DNA from: an uncultured Methanobacteriaceae archaeon
Lineage (GTDB): Archaea > Methanobacteriota > Methanobacteria > Methanobacteriales > Methanobacteriaceae
Direction of reading: 5' to 3'
Length of the DNA stretch: 64,000 nt
NCBI GenBank assembly: GCA_963825335.1
Contig: CAWGSP010000001.1
Span: 282,292 to 346,291, forward strand
Shown one piece after another: positions 42,772 to 54,063 of this stretch. Below the pieces are notes generated by a model, which was not told the origin of the DNA, did no database searches, and saw only the letters and a list, made by a program, of their open reading frames with translations. Position 1 is the stretch's first letter. Every line of letters starts with the position of its first letter. A program made the translations under genes and the position numbers.

Positions 42772-43077
42772 ATGAATCACAAAATTATTTTAATAATAGG
42801 AATTTGTATATTAGTTGTCATTTTAGGAGATTTAGGCTCCATTTTACTGAGTACAGGTAACGTAAAACCTAATATCACGATTGTTAATAATAGTACTCCG
42901 GTAAATTATACAACTGCATCTTCAACAATTTCAACAACAAATGCTCAAACTTCGCAAAACACAACAAATCCAACCAATGAGTCAACCCAATCATCATCCA
43001 GCAACAGCCAAAATTCCGGTTACAACGATACAGATCAGGCAGTACAAAATAAAAACAATGCTAACATTACACAATAA
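42772..43077 (+). CDS. small secreted or membrane-anchored low-complexity (T/S/N/Q-rich) protein
   Basis: N-terminal TM segment IILIIGICILVVIL, followed by low-complexity sequence. The SD is weak. Confidence 0.4.
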   Translation: MNHKIILIIGICILVVILGDLGSILLSTGNVKPNITIVNNSTPVNYTTASSTISTTNAQTSQNTTNPTNESTQSSSSNSQNSGYNDTDQAVQNKNNANITQ

Positions 43078-43644
43078 AATTCACCATTCTATCCCCAATT
43101 CTCCATTTTATTTCAAATCGTAATGAAGATTATTTAACAGAGAATTCTACGAAATTTTGAGACTTTGTGAATTCTGATAGTACTGTAGGAACATATTATA
43201 TGGATCCAATTGATTATTAAAACAGTCAGATTTTGATGGCCGATATTTACTAGGACAAAATAATAAACACAACATAGATCGTGAATTTTTATTGTTACCT
43301 CCTTTTGTCATTCACCCAGATCATTAACTGATTCGAAGATAATTTGTTATTTGTTTGTTTGAATTATTTTGATGGTAACTATGTGAAGTTTAGTTGATTG
43401 TTAGTGTAAATTTCTTCTAAACCACATTGGTCTGGTCATATTTGTATCCGACTTCACAAATTAATACGAATCAAATCTTATTATTTTAATATGGTGATGG
43501 CTTAGATTTGTTAACAGAAGATAATTTCACGATCCACAAATCTTTAAATATTATTAAAGACAATAAATTCAATTAATAATATCGGAAATCAAGAATCAAA
43601 ATTATTTTTTTTAATAAAATAAAGATTAGGAGTGAGCGAGGATC

Positions 43645-44877
43645 ATGGAAAACATGTCCCCAAATATATTGAAAAAATTTGAAGACCTTAAAACGGAGAT
43701 AAAAATCCTTAAAGAGGACAATACTAAAACTAAACGTAACCTTATGTGGAAGGTTCGAAAACTCGAAAAAGACAAGGTTTTGATCGAAAATGAAAAGATG
43801 AGGTTGGATAGGGAAGTTAAATCTTTAAGAGGAGAAATTGAACGATTCAGATCGCCTCCACTCGTAATTGCTACGGTAACAGAAGTTTTAGATGACGGTA
43901 GGGTTGTTGTTAAAAGTAGTACAGGCCCAAATTTTGTAATTGGTTATTCACGATTCTTAGATGAAAAATCACTTGAACCAGGTGTTCGTGTGGCCCTTAA
44001 TCAGCAGACATTTAGTATAGTACATGTTTTGCCATCAGAAAAAGACCCTCTTGTCACGGGTATGGAAGTCGATGAAAAACCGGACGTTGCTTACGAACAA
44101 ATTGGCGGTCTTGAAGATCAGGTTGTTGAAATAAAAGAGACAGTTGAACTGCCTCTTAAAAAACCCGAACTCTTTATAAATATTGGAATAGAACCACCTA
44201 AAGGTGTACTTCTTTATGGGCCTCCAGGAACTGGTAAAACTTTATTAGCTAAGGCAGTTGCACACGAAACAAATGCAACATTTATCAAGATAGTGGCATC
44301 AGAATTCGTTAAAAAATATATAGGAGAAGGTGCACGTCTTGTCAGGGGAGTTTTCGAACTTGCAAAAGAAAAATCACCGAGTATCATATTCATCGATGAA
44401 ATTGATGCTATAGCTGCAAAAAGGCTTAAGAGTTCCACTAGTGGTGACAGAGAAGTTCAAAGAACTTTAATGCAATTACTCGCTGAAATGGATGGTTTTG
44501 AAGGGCGTGGTGATGTTGGTATAGTAGCAGCTACCAACAGACCAGACATACTTGACCCGGCTCTTTTAAGACCAGGACGTTTCGATAGATTCATCGAAGT
44601 TCCTATTCCAAATGAAGACGGTAGGACCGAGATATTAAAGATCCATACCCGGAAAATGTCTTTGGAAGAAGAGATGGATATAAGGCTCATTGCTTCACTT
44701 TCAGAAGGAGCTTCTGGTGCCGACCTCAAAGCAATATGCACCGAAGCCGGAATGTTTGCGATTAGGGAAGAACGATCTACCGTTACTATGAATGATTTCA
44801 TGGATGCTGTGGACAAAATTGTTGGAATGGAACACGACGAAGAAATGAAAAAAGAAGCCGGAGTGATGTTCGGATAA
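43645..44877 (+). CDS. pan: proteasome-activating nucleotidase
   Basis: Coiled-coil N-terminus, OB domain, and an AAA module ([12 protein letters not shown]). The size is typical of PAN. Confidence 0.93.
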   Translation: MENMSPNILKKFEDLKTEIKILKEDNTKTKRNLMWKVRKLEKDKVLIENEKMRLDREVKSLRGEIERFRSPPLVIATVTEVLDDGRVVVKSSTGPNFVIGYSRFLDEKSLEPGVRVALNQQTFSIVHVLPSEKDPLVTGMEVDEKPDVAYEQIGGLEDQVVEIKETVELPLKKPELFINIGIEPPKGVLLYGPPGTGKTLLAKAVAHETNATFIKIVASEFVKKYIGEGARLVRGVFELAKEKSPSIIFIDEIDAIAAKRLKSSTSGDREVQRTLMQLLAEMDGFEGRGDVGIVAATNRPDILDPALLRPGRFDRFIEVPIPNEDGRTEILKIHTRKMSLEEEMDIRLIASLSEGASGADLKAICTEAGMFAIREERSTVTMNDFMDAVDKIVGMEHDEEMKKEAGVMFG

Positions 44878-44896
44878 TTTATTCTGGACTTCCAAC

Positions 44897-44910
44897 TTTT
44901 TTTAATTTTT
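44897..44910 (+). terminator. oligo-T tract (T7 and T5) downstream of pan
   Basis: Archaeal terminators are oligo-T runs. This one is about 20 nt after the pan stop. Confidence 0.4.
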
Positions 44911-44927
44911 AAAATATTAACTATTTT

Positions 44928-44985
44928 GGCCTATGATGAACCCTATGAGCTCTGATCTGATGATGAATGATGGGCGATCTGAGGC
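44928..44985 (+). ncRNA. box C/D sRNA (2'-O-methylation guide)
   Basis: Layout is GGCCU-AUGAUGA(C)-12 nt-CUGA(D')-UCUG-AUGAUGA(C')-12 nt-CUGA(D)-GGC. The ends are complementary (GCCU/AGGC) and a T4 run follows. Confidence 0.8.
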
Positions 44986-45030
44986 TTTTAATCATTTACT
45001 TGTTTTATAAAAAAATATTTAAATTATTTA

Positions 45031-45843
45031 CTACCTATTATCATCAAATCTTGGCATTCTTGTTTTAATATCATTTATACTCGACAATAATTTATTCAGA
45101 TCAGAACAAACAAGTTTATCATCTAATTGAGGAATTACTGGCCTATTAACGATTATTATTGGAATTCCAAGTTCATTAGCAGCATCTATTTTGGATGGGG
45201 TACCGCCGCTCTCACCACTTTCTTTAGTCACAACTATTTTAATGTTATATTCTCTCATCAATGCCTTATTAAATTCCCTTGTAAATGTTCCCTGCATTGC
45301 AACAATGTTGTTTGTTGGAATTCCCATTTCATTGCATTTTCTTATTGAGTTTAACACCGGCAGAACCCTGACAACAATTAATTTGGGATCTATATCCTTT
45401 AGATGTGGAAGTGTTGATACACCTGCTAAGTGCATTATTTTTCCATTATATTCTCTTCCAATCAATTTTTTCGATAACACGGCTGCTTCTTCGAACGATG
45501 ACGCTTGGATCACGTTGTCTTCAGTAATTTTGAGAGATGGTCTTTCAAATCGTATGTAGTTTATTCCAGAATTAGTTGTGGATTTTATTGCATTTATGGT
45601 TGCTTCAGCAGCAAACGGATGTGTTGCATCTACAACCAGATCAATTTTGTTGAGTATGATGAGATCTGTGATTTCTTGTACACCAAGACGTCCAACAATA
45701 ACTTCATCTGCACCTGCAGATACTGCAATATCACTCCCAAATTTTGTTGTGGTGGTGGCAATAACTTCTAAATCTTCTTGTTCAGCAAGTTTTATAATGA
45801 TGTTGACAGCATCGGATGTACCAGCCATGATCATTACCTTCAT
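45031..45843 (-). CDS. cbiJ: cobalt-precorrin-6A reductase
   Basis: MIMAGTSDA N-terminus and CobK/CbiJ length. The start overlaps the ATPase stop by 4 nt. Confidence 0.8.
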   Translation of the reverse strand: MKVMIMAGTSDAVNIIIKLAEQEDLEVIATTTTKFGSDIAVSAGADEVIVGRLGVQEITDLIILNKIDLVVDATHPFAAEATINAIKSTTNSGINYIRFERPSLKITEDNVIQASSFEEAAVLSKKLIGREYNGKIMHLAGVSTLPHLKDIDPKLIVVRVLPVLNSIRKCNEMGIPTNNIVAMQGTFTREFNKALMREYNIKIVVTKESGESGGTPSKIDAANELGIPIIIVNRPVIPQLDDKLVCSDLNKLLSSINDIKTRMPRFDDNR

Positions 45844-48350
45844 TTTATCACCTTTGAACTTATGAATTCACTTATGAATATGACAGAAGCTATTATTATA
45901 ATGTCTATCCAATCAGATATGGAGATAGCTGTAGTTCTGAAGATCCTTTGTAGGAATGGTAAATAAATAACTGCTAATTGAAGGAGAAATGATGATACGA
46001 CTGCAGTTATAAGGGTTTTATTTTGCAGTAGTCCCTTGGACTTGCAGTTGAAAACATTGAATATTTGAAACATCACAAAAAGTGTGAATGCTACTGTAGA
46101 AGCTGTTCTGATGCTGCTTCCTGTTGAGAGTTTGTTGTAGTACAGTAATAGTGTTGCAACACTCATGACAACACCTGCAATTATTATTCTAATGAGTGTA
46201 TTTTTTGGTAGTATATTTCCGGTGCTGGGTGGGCGTTCCATTACATCAGGTTCTGATGGTTCAACACCGAGTGACTGTGCTGGTGGACCGTCCATGATTA
46301 TGTTTATCCACAATATTTGGATGGGGTTAAATGGTATGGGAAGATTGACAAGGGCAGCTACTGTGATAGTCAGTATTGCCCCTATATTAGTTGATAATTG
46401 AAATTTAACAAATCTCTTAATGTTATCAAAGATTGTACGACCTTCTTTAACTGCTTCTACAATTGTTGCAAAGTTATCATCTTGAAGTAACATATCAGAC
46501 GATTCCTTAGCAACATCGGTACCCGAACCCATTGAAATTCCTATAGATGCTTTTTTAAGTGCAGGTGCATCGTTCACCCCATCCCCGGTCATAGCTACCA
46601 CCTGTCCCCAGGATTTTAAAGCTTCGACAATTCTAACCTTCTGTTCTGGAAAAACCCTCGCATAAACATTCACATCCCGAACTATATCTTTAAATTCATT
46701 ATCATCAATTTTATCGAGATCATATCCGGTTAAAACTTTACCGCCCTTTAAAATCTGGAGTTCCGATGCTATTGAAGCCGCTGTATCTTTGTTATCACCA
46801 GTAATCATCACCACGTTGATCCCGGCCTTTTCACATAATGCCACTGCATCCTTAGCCTGTTTCCTAGGAGGATCCTTCATACCCACCATCCCAACATAGA
46901 TGAGATCGTTTTCCATTATTTCTTTATCAAACCCTTCTTCTGCCCCCAATTCCCTGTATGCTAATGCCAAGACTCTGAGTGCTCCTGATGTCATTGACTT
47001 GAGATCCTTTAAAATCTCCCACCGTTTATCATTAGTCAATGGGATGATTTTACCATCTTCTTCTACTCGTTTGCATCGTTTTAAAACTATTTCTGGGGCA
47101 CCCTTAGTCAGTACATATCTTTTCCCGTTAAATTCATTGACTGTTGTCATTCTTTTCCTCTCACTATCCAGAGGTATTTCAAACACCCTTCTATGACTAA
47201 TTTCAAGATATTCCCTTCTATAACCCATTTCTTCAGCATATACTAACATTGCAGCGTCTGTTGGATCACCGATGGTTTTTCCATCGTAAATACTTGCGTT
47301 GTTGCACAGTGCCGATATTTTAAGCCCCATATCCTCTGCAGATACAATCGTTTTCGTAACAGTCATCTTGTTTTTGGTTAGTGTGCCTGTTTTATCCGTA
47401 CATATGGTTGTACAAGATCCAAGTGTTTCAACGGCCAGGAGTTTCCGAACTACTGCATTTCGTTTAGCCATTCTCTGCATTCCCAACGCCAAAGTGAGTG
47501 TCATCACTGCTGGTAGTCCTTCAGGGACGGCTGCAACTGCAAGTGAAACTGCGGTTAAAAAGTTTGTTACGATCGGTACATCTTTAAAGAATTGAAGTGC
47601 AAAAACTCCTGTACATACAATGACAGCAATTAGTCCCATCAACTTCCCAAGACTGTGGATTCTATCTTGAAGAGGTGTCTTTTCCTCTTCTCCCTGAATC
47701 ATCCCTGCAATTTTACCTATTGCGGTGTTCATCCCTATTTCAACAACAACTCCCCTTCCCCTTCCAGAAGAGACATGTGTGTCCATAAACGCCAGGCTGG
47801 TTGTTTCAGTTTCCGAAGTGATGTTTTGATCCTTTTTAGAAGGTTTGGATTCACCTGTAAGTGCAGATTCATCTACCATCAGATCATGACTTTCTAATAT
47901 TTTAATATCTGCCGGTACATTGTCGCCCTCCTCCAAGAGAACAACATCTCCCATGGTCAATTCACTTGCTGTGATTTTTTGCTTTTTTCCATCCCTAATA
48001 ACAACTGCTGTGGCAGATGTCATATTTTTAAGCTTTTCCATAGCGTTTTCGGCACGATTTTCTTGTATAAATCCAACAAACGCATTTAATATTACAATAA
48101 CAAATATTACCGCTGCATCTATCCTATCTCCTATCAATGTGGCCGCAATAGCTGCTATTATTAATAGTACTATGAGAAAATCTTTAAATTGATTAAAAAA
48201 TCTCTTTATTGGACCTATTTTTCTTTCTTCAATTAGTTCATTCTTTCCATATTTAATAAGCCTATTTTGCGCAGTTATTGTTTTTAATCCGTCATAATCT
48301 GACTTTAAAGTTTTTAAAGTTTCGTCTATGCTTATATTTTGCCATTTCAT
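45840..48350 (-). CDS. P-type cation-transporting ATPase (P2, Ca2+-ATPase-like)
   Basis: TGES, DKTGTLT, TGDN and GDGVNDAPAL motifs, with about 10 TM segments. Confidence 0.9.
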   Translation of the reverse strand: MKWQNISIDETLKTLKSDYDGLKTITAQNRLIKYGKNELIEERKIGPIKRFFNQFKDFLIVLLIIAAIAATLIGDRIDAAVIFVIVILNAFVGFIQENRAENAMEKLKNMTSATAVVIRDGKKQKITASELTMGDVVLLEEGDNVPADIKILESHDLMVDESALTGESKPSKKDQNITSETETTSLAFMDTHVSSGRGRGVVVEIGMNTAIGKIAGMIQGEEEKTPLQDRIHSLGKLMGLIAVIVCTGVFALQFFKDVPIVTNFLTAVSLAVAAVPEGLPAVMTLTLALGMQRMAKRNAVVRKLLAVETLGSCTTICTDKTGTLTKNKMTVTKTIVSAEDMGLKISALCNNASIYDGKTIGDPTDAAMLVYAEEMGYRREYLEISHRRVFEIPLDSERKRMTTVNEFNGKRYVLTKGAPEIVLKRCKRVEEDGKIIPLTNDKRWEILKDLKSMTSGALRVLALAYRELGAEEGFDKEIMENDLIYVGMVGMKDPPRKQAKDAVALCEKAGINVVMITGDNKDTAASIASELQILKGGKVLTGYDLDKIDDNEFKDIVRDVNVYARVFPEQKVRIVEALKSWGQVVAMTGDGVNDAPALKKASIGISMGSGTDVAKESSDMLLQDDNFATIVEAVKEGRTIFDNIKRFVKFQLSTNIGAILTITVAALVNLPIPFNPIQILWINIIMDGPPAQSLGVEPSEPDVMERPPSTGNILPKNTLIRIIIAGVVMSVATLLLYYNKLSTGSSIRTASTVAFTLFVMFQIFNVFNCKSKGLLQNKTLITAVVSSFLLQLAVIYLPFLQRIFRTTAISISDWIDIIIIASVIFISEFISSKVIK

Positions 48351-48736
48351 GGTTTACACATCTTGTAAAAGATTGCTTTTCTGTAGTTGACAAGCTTCAT
48401 ACGTTTATCAGGTCTAATAAATTCCGAAGACAAAGGTTTTATTATTAAATCTGCACCTGTTTTTTCTGCTAGACCAATTATGTGGGACTGTAATTCTTCA
48501 GGGGGCCGTATTGAGTAGATCAATGAAGCATCCTCATATATATTTAAGTTAGGGTGGACTACATCATCTTTTACGATGTCATCATGGTAAGGTTTAATAT
48601 CTGTCATGATGATATCCATGTTAAGATGTTCTTGGAGTGTACGGGCAACCACGGGAAAGCACCCTACACCAACCTCGACTATTAATGATGCATTGTAATA
48701 ATTAGTAATAATATATTCTGAAAAGTCTTTCCACAT
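48347..48736 (-). CDS. UPF0146-family small Rossmann-like protein
   Basis: I use the internal ATG at 48736 (MWKDFSEYI...VGVG). The upstream part of the ORF-track entry is antisense to rimI. Confidence 0.6.
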   Translation of the reverse strand: MWKDFSEYIITNYYNASLIVEVGVGCFPVVARTLQEHLNMDIIMTDIKPYHDDIVKDDVVHPNLNIYEDASLIYSIRPPEELQSHIIGLAEKTGADLIIKPLSSEFIRPDKRMKLVNYRKAIFYKMCKP

Positions 48737-48749
48737 TTTAACACTTCCA

Positions 48750-49199
48750 ATGGAGAAATTCATGATAATTAGAGAATTTAAACGTCCAGACCTGAAAAGA
48801 GTCCTTGAGATAGAGATGGCGTCGTTCAAAGATCCATATCCAGCTAACATTCTTCTGGATATATACAATTTAGGGGCAGGATTTTTAGTTGCCCAGGAAA
48901 ATAATAGGGTTGTTGGGTATATTATATTTTGGATCAGGTTTGAAGACGAAGGCCATATAATATCGATTGCAGTGGACCGAAGTGACAGACGAACAGATGT
49001 TGGTTCCAAACTTGTTGAAGCAAGCATTGAAATTTTTAAAAAATTCCTTGTGAAAGAAATTAAGCTAGAAGTAAGGATTGGAAACAAGGGAGCCAGAAAA
49101 TTTTATATTAAATTAGGATTCAAAGAAGATAAAGTAGTTGAAGACTACTATGAAGACCTTGAAAATGCTGTTATTATGTCTAAGAATTTGGAATATTAA
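48750..49199 (+). CDS. rimI: ribosomal-protein-alanine N-acetyltransferase (RimI-like GNAT)
   Basis: GNAT motif RRTDVGSKLV and NKGARKFYIKLGF. Confidence 0.8.
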   Translation: MEKFMIIREFKRPDLKRVLEIEMASFKDPYPANILLDIYNLGAGFLVAQENNRVVGYIIFWIRFEDEGHIISIAVDRSDRRTDVGSKLVEASIEIFKKFLVKEIKLEVRIGNKGARKFYIKLGFKEDKVVEDYYEDLENAVIMSKNLEY

Positions 49200-49258
49200 A
49201 ATCTACTACAGAAAATACTAAATTCTATAATTAATTAATTATAATTAGTGAAGCCAGT

Positions 49259-49319
49259 AGATCAATTTATTGATATACGATGCAACCATATAACAAACAT
49301 GTTGAGATCAATTTATTGA
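49259..49319 (+). promoter_or_regulatory. two identical 15-bp sites (AGATCAATTTATTGA), each with an internal palindrome, upstream of carA
   Basis: Exact copies at 49259-49273 and 49305-49319, read directly. A third GATCAA lies at 49335-49340. Confidence 0.5.
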
Positions 49320-49402
49320 AACACCTCATGTTTCGATCAAACTAGAATACTATATTTCAAAAATTTTCAATTTACTACTAAAAATTATAATTAACTGGTG
49401 AT

Positions 49403-50488
49403 ATGATGCTAAAAGAGGCTAAATTAGCTTTAGAAGATGGTACAATACTCAAAGGAGAAGGATTCGGTTATGAAACTATTAAAACTGGAGAAGTGGTTTT
49501 TTCAACTGGAATGACCGGATACGTTGAATCTTTAACAGATCCATCCTACAAAGGTCAGATATTGATGTCAACCTATCCTTTACAGGGCAACTACGGTATT
49601 TCAAAGGAATGGTTTCAGTCTAATGGAATAAAAGCTGAAGGATATGTTGTAAGGGAACAAAATAGTCATCCATCCCACAGACTTTCAAATGAGAACTTAT
49701 CCGAATTTTTAGAAGAATATAAAATACCCGGTATAAGCGGCATCGACACGCGATTTTTAACGCTCAAGATCAGACGTTACGGTACCATCAAGGGTGCACT
49801 TTCAACAGAAGAAATTGACGACAAAGAACTTCTAAATTTGGCAGTTAAACAGGAAAACATCGAAGATCTGGACTTAGTGGATAAGGTTTCAGTTGATAAA
49901 CCGCAGATATTCGGAGAAAACTACAAACATCGTGCAGTGATCCTTGACTGCGGTATAAAAAAGAACAGCATAGACGATCTGCTTCGCAGGAAAATTGGGG
50001 TGGTTGTACTACCTTATAAAACCAATTACAAGGAAATATTGGACTACGATCCCGAAGCTATGCTGGTTTCAAGTGGACCAGGAGACCCAACACGAGTCAA
50101 AGAAGCTGTTAATACAGTTAAGGAACTCTCCGAAAAACTCCCAATATTTGGAATATGTTTGGGTCATCAGATCATATCACTCGCATTCGGGGCAAAGATC
50201 TATAAAATGAAATTTGGACACAGAGGAATAAATCAACCTGTAAAAAATCTTGAAACAGGCAAAGTTTCGATCACCTCTCAAAATCATGGATTTACTATTG
50301 ACCCCACCTCTTGCAAAGATTTACCAATTAAAATAACCCAAATTAACCTAAATGACAATACTCCGGAAGGATTGGAACATAATGAACTCCCAATTTCGAG
50401 TGTACAATACCATCCAGAAGCAGGCCCCGGACCACACGATTCTATCCAATTTTTTGATACATTCCTCAACACGCTAAAGAAGTATTAA
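49403..50488 (+). CDS. carA: carbamoyl-phosphate synthase small (glutaminase) subunit
   Basis: GICLGHQ catalytic Cys and HPE motifs. Confidence 0.95.
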   Translation: MMLKEAKLALEDGTILKGEGFGYETIKTGEVVFSTGMTGYVESLTDPSYKGQILMSTYPLQGNYGISKEWFQSNGIKAEGYVVREQNSHPSHRLSNENLSEFLEEYKIPGISGIDTRFLTLKIRRYGTIKGALSTEEIDDKELLNLAVKQENIEDLDLVDKVSVDKPQIFGENYKHRAVILDCGIKKNSIDDLLRRKIGVVVLPYKTNYKEILDYDPEAMLVSSGPGDPTRVKEAVNTVKELSEKLPIFGICLGHQIISLAFGAKIYKMKFGHRGINQPVKNLETGKVSITSQNHGFTIDPTSCKDLPIKITQINLNDNTPEGLEHNELPISSVQYHPEAGPGPHDSIQFFDTFLNTLKKY

Positions 50489-50607
50489 AAATATTCAGAA
50501 CTCGAGAAAATTACTTCAGATGAAAACTTATAAAAATAATGATTTAAAATTCAATTTGAATAAAATGTTTTATTGTAAATTATAGGATTACAAAGGTAGG
50601 ATCATAA

Positions 50608-53600
50608 ATGCCAAGGGATGAAGATATAAAAAAAGTTCTTATCATAGGTTCAGGACCTATACAAATTGGTCAGGCAGCTGAATTTGATTATTCAGGCTCT
50701 CAAGCATGTAAATCCCTAATGGAAGAGGGTATTGAAACAGTTTTAGTAAACAGTAACCCTGCAACCATACAGACAGATATTGACATGGCCGATAGAGTTT
50801 ATGTAGAGCCACTGACACCTGAAATCGTTGCAAAGATCATTAAAAAAGAAAAACCAGATGCCATATTACCTACCATGGGTGGACAAACCGGTTTAAACGT
50901 TGCTACAGGTCTTGAGAAGATAGATGCCCTCGAGGGGATTAAAGTCATAGGGTCAAGTGTCCAGACCATTAGAAATGTTGAAGACAGAGACCTCTTCGGA
51001 AACTTCATGAAGGAACTTAATGAACCCATACCCCACTGTAAAGCAGTAACCACATTGGACGATGCAATCCAGGCCGTGGCAGAAATAGGTTACCCTGTAA
51101 TTGTACGTCCTGCATTCACACTCGGCGGTACTGGAGGTGGTGTTGCACATAATGAAAAAGAACTCATCGAAATAGCAACAAGAGGCCTTGATATGAGTTT
51201 TATCAATCAAGTACTGATCGATGAATCTGTTATAGGATGGAAAGAATTCGAATACGAGGTAATGAGAGATAAGAATGATACATGTATCATTGTCTGTAAC
51301 ATGGAAAATTTGGATCCCATGGGGATACACACCGGCGAAAGTATTGTAGTTGCCCCTTCTCAAACCCTCTCTGATATAGATAATCAAATGCTCAGAAACG
51401 CTTCCATCAAAATTATCAGAGCATTGCATATCCAGGGAGGATGTAATATCCAATTTGCTTATAATTCAGAAACCGGAGAATATAAAGTAATCGAAGTCAA
51501 CCCAAGGGTAAGCCGAAGCAGTGCCCTAGCATCAAAAGCTACCGGTTATCCTATAGCCAAAATATCCGCCAAAATAGCAGTAGGAATGACCCTTGATGAG
51601 ATTCAAAACGATATAACCAAAGAAACACCCGCATCATTCGAACCTTCACTGGATTATGTGGTTGCAAAAATTCCTCGTTGGCCATTTGACAAATTTAAAG
51701 GTCTTAAAAGAGAAATAGGTGTTCAAATGATGTCAACAGGAGAAGTGATGGCAATAGGGCGGACAATAGAAGAATCACTCCATAAAGCCATAAGATCCCT
51801 TGACATTAAAAAACACGGATTCGAAAACGTCGAATATACAGATGAACTGCTCAAAAATGCCACAGACGAAAGAATTTTCCACCTCTACACAGCACTCAAA
51901 TCTGGAAGGGATCTAGATGAAATTCACGATATGACACAGATCGATCGTTTCTTCCTGTATAAGATAGAGAGTATAATTGAATTAGAAAATGAACTAAGGA
52001 GTTTAAAACCAGAAGATGTTTTAAAACCAGAATCTCTGATTAAAGCCAAACGAATGGGATTCTCTGATGCAATACTCTCACAAATAACAGGATTTTCCGA
52101 AAAAAAGATAAGAAACCACAGGCGTGATACAGGAATCATTCCAACCTACAAAATGGTAGACACATGTGCTGCAGAATTTGAGGCCAAAACACCCTACTAT
52201 TACAGTACATATGAAGGCGAAGATGAAGTAGCCGTATCTGATAATAAAAAGGTTGTAATAATTGGAGCTGGGCCAATTAGGATAGGTCAAGGCATAGAAT
52301 TTGATTACTGTTGTGTTCATGCATCTATGGCGTTGAAAGAAGAGGGATTAGAAACCATAATAATAAATAATAATCCAGAAACTGTTAGTACAGATTATGA
52401 TATATCGAACAAGCTTTACTTCGAACCATTAACCCTAGAAGATGTGATGAGCGTACTAGACAAAGAAAAACCACACGGAGTGGTTGTTCAATTTGGAGGC
52501 CAGACCTCTATAAATTTAGCAGTTCCACTTGCTGAAGAAGGTATCCAAATTCTTGGAACCGCACACGAAAGTATAGACCGTGTGGAAGATAGGGAACGTT
52601 TCACGGAAGTATTAAATAAACTCGACATACCACAAGCAGATTATGGTATAGCCTATTCCTTCGAAGATGCTAGGTCTGTTTCTGACAGAATAGGTTACCC
52701 AGTACTTGTGAGACCATCATACGTACTGGGCGGAAGGGCCATGGAAATAGTGTACGATGACACAGAACTCAAACGGTACATGATAGAAGCGGTGAAAATC
52801 TCTCCAGAACATCCCATACTGGTTGATAAGTTTCTTGAAGATGCAATAGAGTTAGATGTGGATGCTTTATCCGATGGAGAAGAAGTGTTTATCGGAGGTA
52901 TTATGGAACATATTGAAGAAGCAGGAGTACATTCCGGAGATTCTGCATGTGTGATTCCTCCACAGAGCATTTCAGACGATATTTTGGAAACTATTAAAGA
53001 ATACACCACCAAACTAGCACTCGAACTTAATGTTATAGGTCTCATTAACATTCAGTACGCTGTTAAAACTGACAAAGAACAGAAGCTGTACATAATCGAA
53101 GCTAATCCCCGTGCAAGTAGAACTGTTCCATTTGTAAGCAAAGCTGTTGGTGTGCCCCTTGCAAAAATAGCCGCATTGTTAATGGTTGGACATAAACTCA
53201 GGGACTTTGGGCTCAGGGATCAAATAAAAATTAACCATGTTGCAGTCAAAGAATCTATTTTCCCGTTCATAAAATTACCTGCATCCGATTCAATACTCGG
53301 ACCAGAAATGAAATCAACAGGGGAAAGTATGGGTATAGACGACAACTTCGGTGTTTCATATTATAAAGCTCAGCTCTCGGCGGGGATGAAATTACCAAAG
53401 GAAGGAAAGCTTTTCATAAGTGTTAAAGATGCAGATAAAGATAGCATAAGAGACATTGTTGAAAAGGCAAAACTTTTAGGATTCGAACTCGTTGCAACTA
53501 AGGGTACAGCTGAAGCTGTTAAGGAGTATTCTAATATAGGAACAATCAGGAAGGTGAGTGAGGGATCTCCCAATATAAGGGACTCTGTTACAGCCGGCGA

Positions 53601-53820
53601 AATCGACCTGATCATAAACACGCCTTCAGGAAAACAATCGGCAGACGATGGATATTTTATCAGAAGAATGGCTGTTGAACTTGGAATACCCTACGTCACA
53701 ACACTGGCAGGAGCACGTGCTGTACTAACCGCAATTGAACATGTGAAAGAGGGAGAAATCGACGTAAAGTCCTTGAATGAATATCATGAACCTCTTCAAA
53801 ATTACGATTCAATCCGCTAA
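50608..53820 (+). CDS. carB: carbamoyl-phosphate synthase large subunit
   Basis: 1070 aa with duplicated ATP-grasp halves and a C-terminal MGS-like domain. Confidence 0.97.
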   Translation: MPRDEDIKKVLIIGSGPIQIGQAAEFDYSGSQACKSLMEEGIETVLVNSNPATIQTDIDMADRVYVEPLTPEIVAKIIKKEKPDAILPTMGGQTGLNVATGLEKIDALEGIKVIGSSVQTIRNVEDRDLFGNFMKELNEPIPHCKAVTTLDDAIQAVAEIGYPVIVRPAFTLGGTGGGVAHNEKELIEIATRGLDMSFINQVLIDESVIGWKEFEYEVMRDKNDTCIIVCNMENLDPMGIHTGESIVVAPSQTLSDIDNQMLRNASIKIIRALHIQGGCNIQFAYNSETGEYKVIEVNPRVSRSSALASKATGYPIAKISAKIAVGMTLDEIQNDITKETPASFEPSLDYVVAKIPRWPFDKFKGLKREIGVQMMSTGEVMAIGRTIEESLHKAIRSLDIKKHGFENVEYTDELLKNATDERIFHLYTALKSGRDLDEIHDMTQIDRFFLYKIESIIELENELRSLKPEDVLKPESLIKAKRMGFSDAILSQITGFSEKKIRNHRRDTGIIPTYKMVDTCAAEFEAKTPYYYSTYEGEDEVAVSDNKKVVIIGAGPIRIGQGIEFDYCCVHASMALKEEGLETIIINNNPETVSTDYDISNKLYFEPLTLEDVMSVLDKEKPHGVVVQFGGQTSINLAVPLAEEGIQILGTAHESIDRVEDRERFTEVLNKLDIPQADYGIAYSFEDARSVSDRIGYPVLVRPSYVLGGRAMEIVYDDTELKRYMIEAVKISPEHPILVDKFLEDAIELDVDALSDGEEVFIGGIMEHIEEAGVHSGDSACVIPPQSISDDILETIKEYTTKLALELNVIGLINIQYAVKTDKEQKLYIIEANPRASRTVPFVSKAVGVPLAKIAALLMVGHKLRDFGLRDQIKINHVAVKESIFPFIKLPASDSILGPEMKSTGESMGIDDNFGVSYYKAQLSAGMKLPKEGKLFISVKDADKDSIRDIVEKAKLLGFELVATKGTAEAVKEYSNIGTIRKVSEGSPNIRDSVTAGEIDLIINTPSGKQSADDGYFIRRMAVELGIPYVTTLAGARAVLTAIEHVKEGEIDVKSLNEYHEPLQNYDSIR

Positions 53821-54063
53821 ATTTTTTTAAATCTATTTTTTTTAATCCGTCCCAAACAGAAGCAACGAAATATCAAAACATAACACAAAATTTTGTTTTA
53901 TTGCCAATACAGTTTGAATTCACTTACATTACATGCCATCGTACTTACATATCCATCGAATTTTATTTACCTATTTTAATGATGGGTTTTGGTAGATCTA
54001 TTTACGATATCATGAAACAAACCGAACAACTAATAAATACTACCAGATAAAAAGTTAAATTGA

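Noticed and set aside
43134-43292. 52-codon minus-strand ORF preceded by a strong AAGGAGGT
   Set aside because: No ATG, GTG or TTG is present; only ATA or ATT follows the SD. The hydrophobic peptide could arise by chance in AT-rich DNA. It would be worth revisiting only if non-AUG initiation at rrp41 is confirmed.
48737-49087. N-terminal 117 codons of the 246-aa minus-strand ORF
   Set aside because: It is antisense to rimI, with an S/L/I-rich low-complexity translation. UPF0146-like similarity begins at the internal ATG at 48736.
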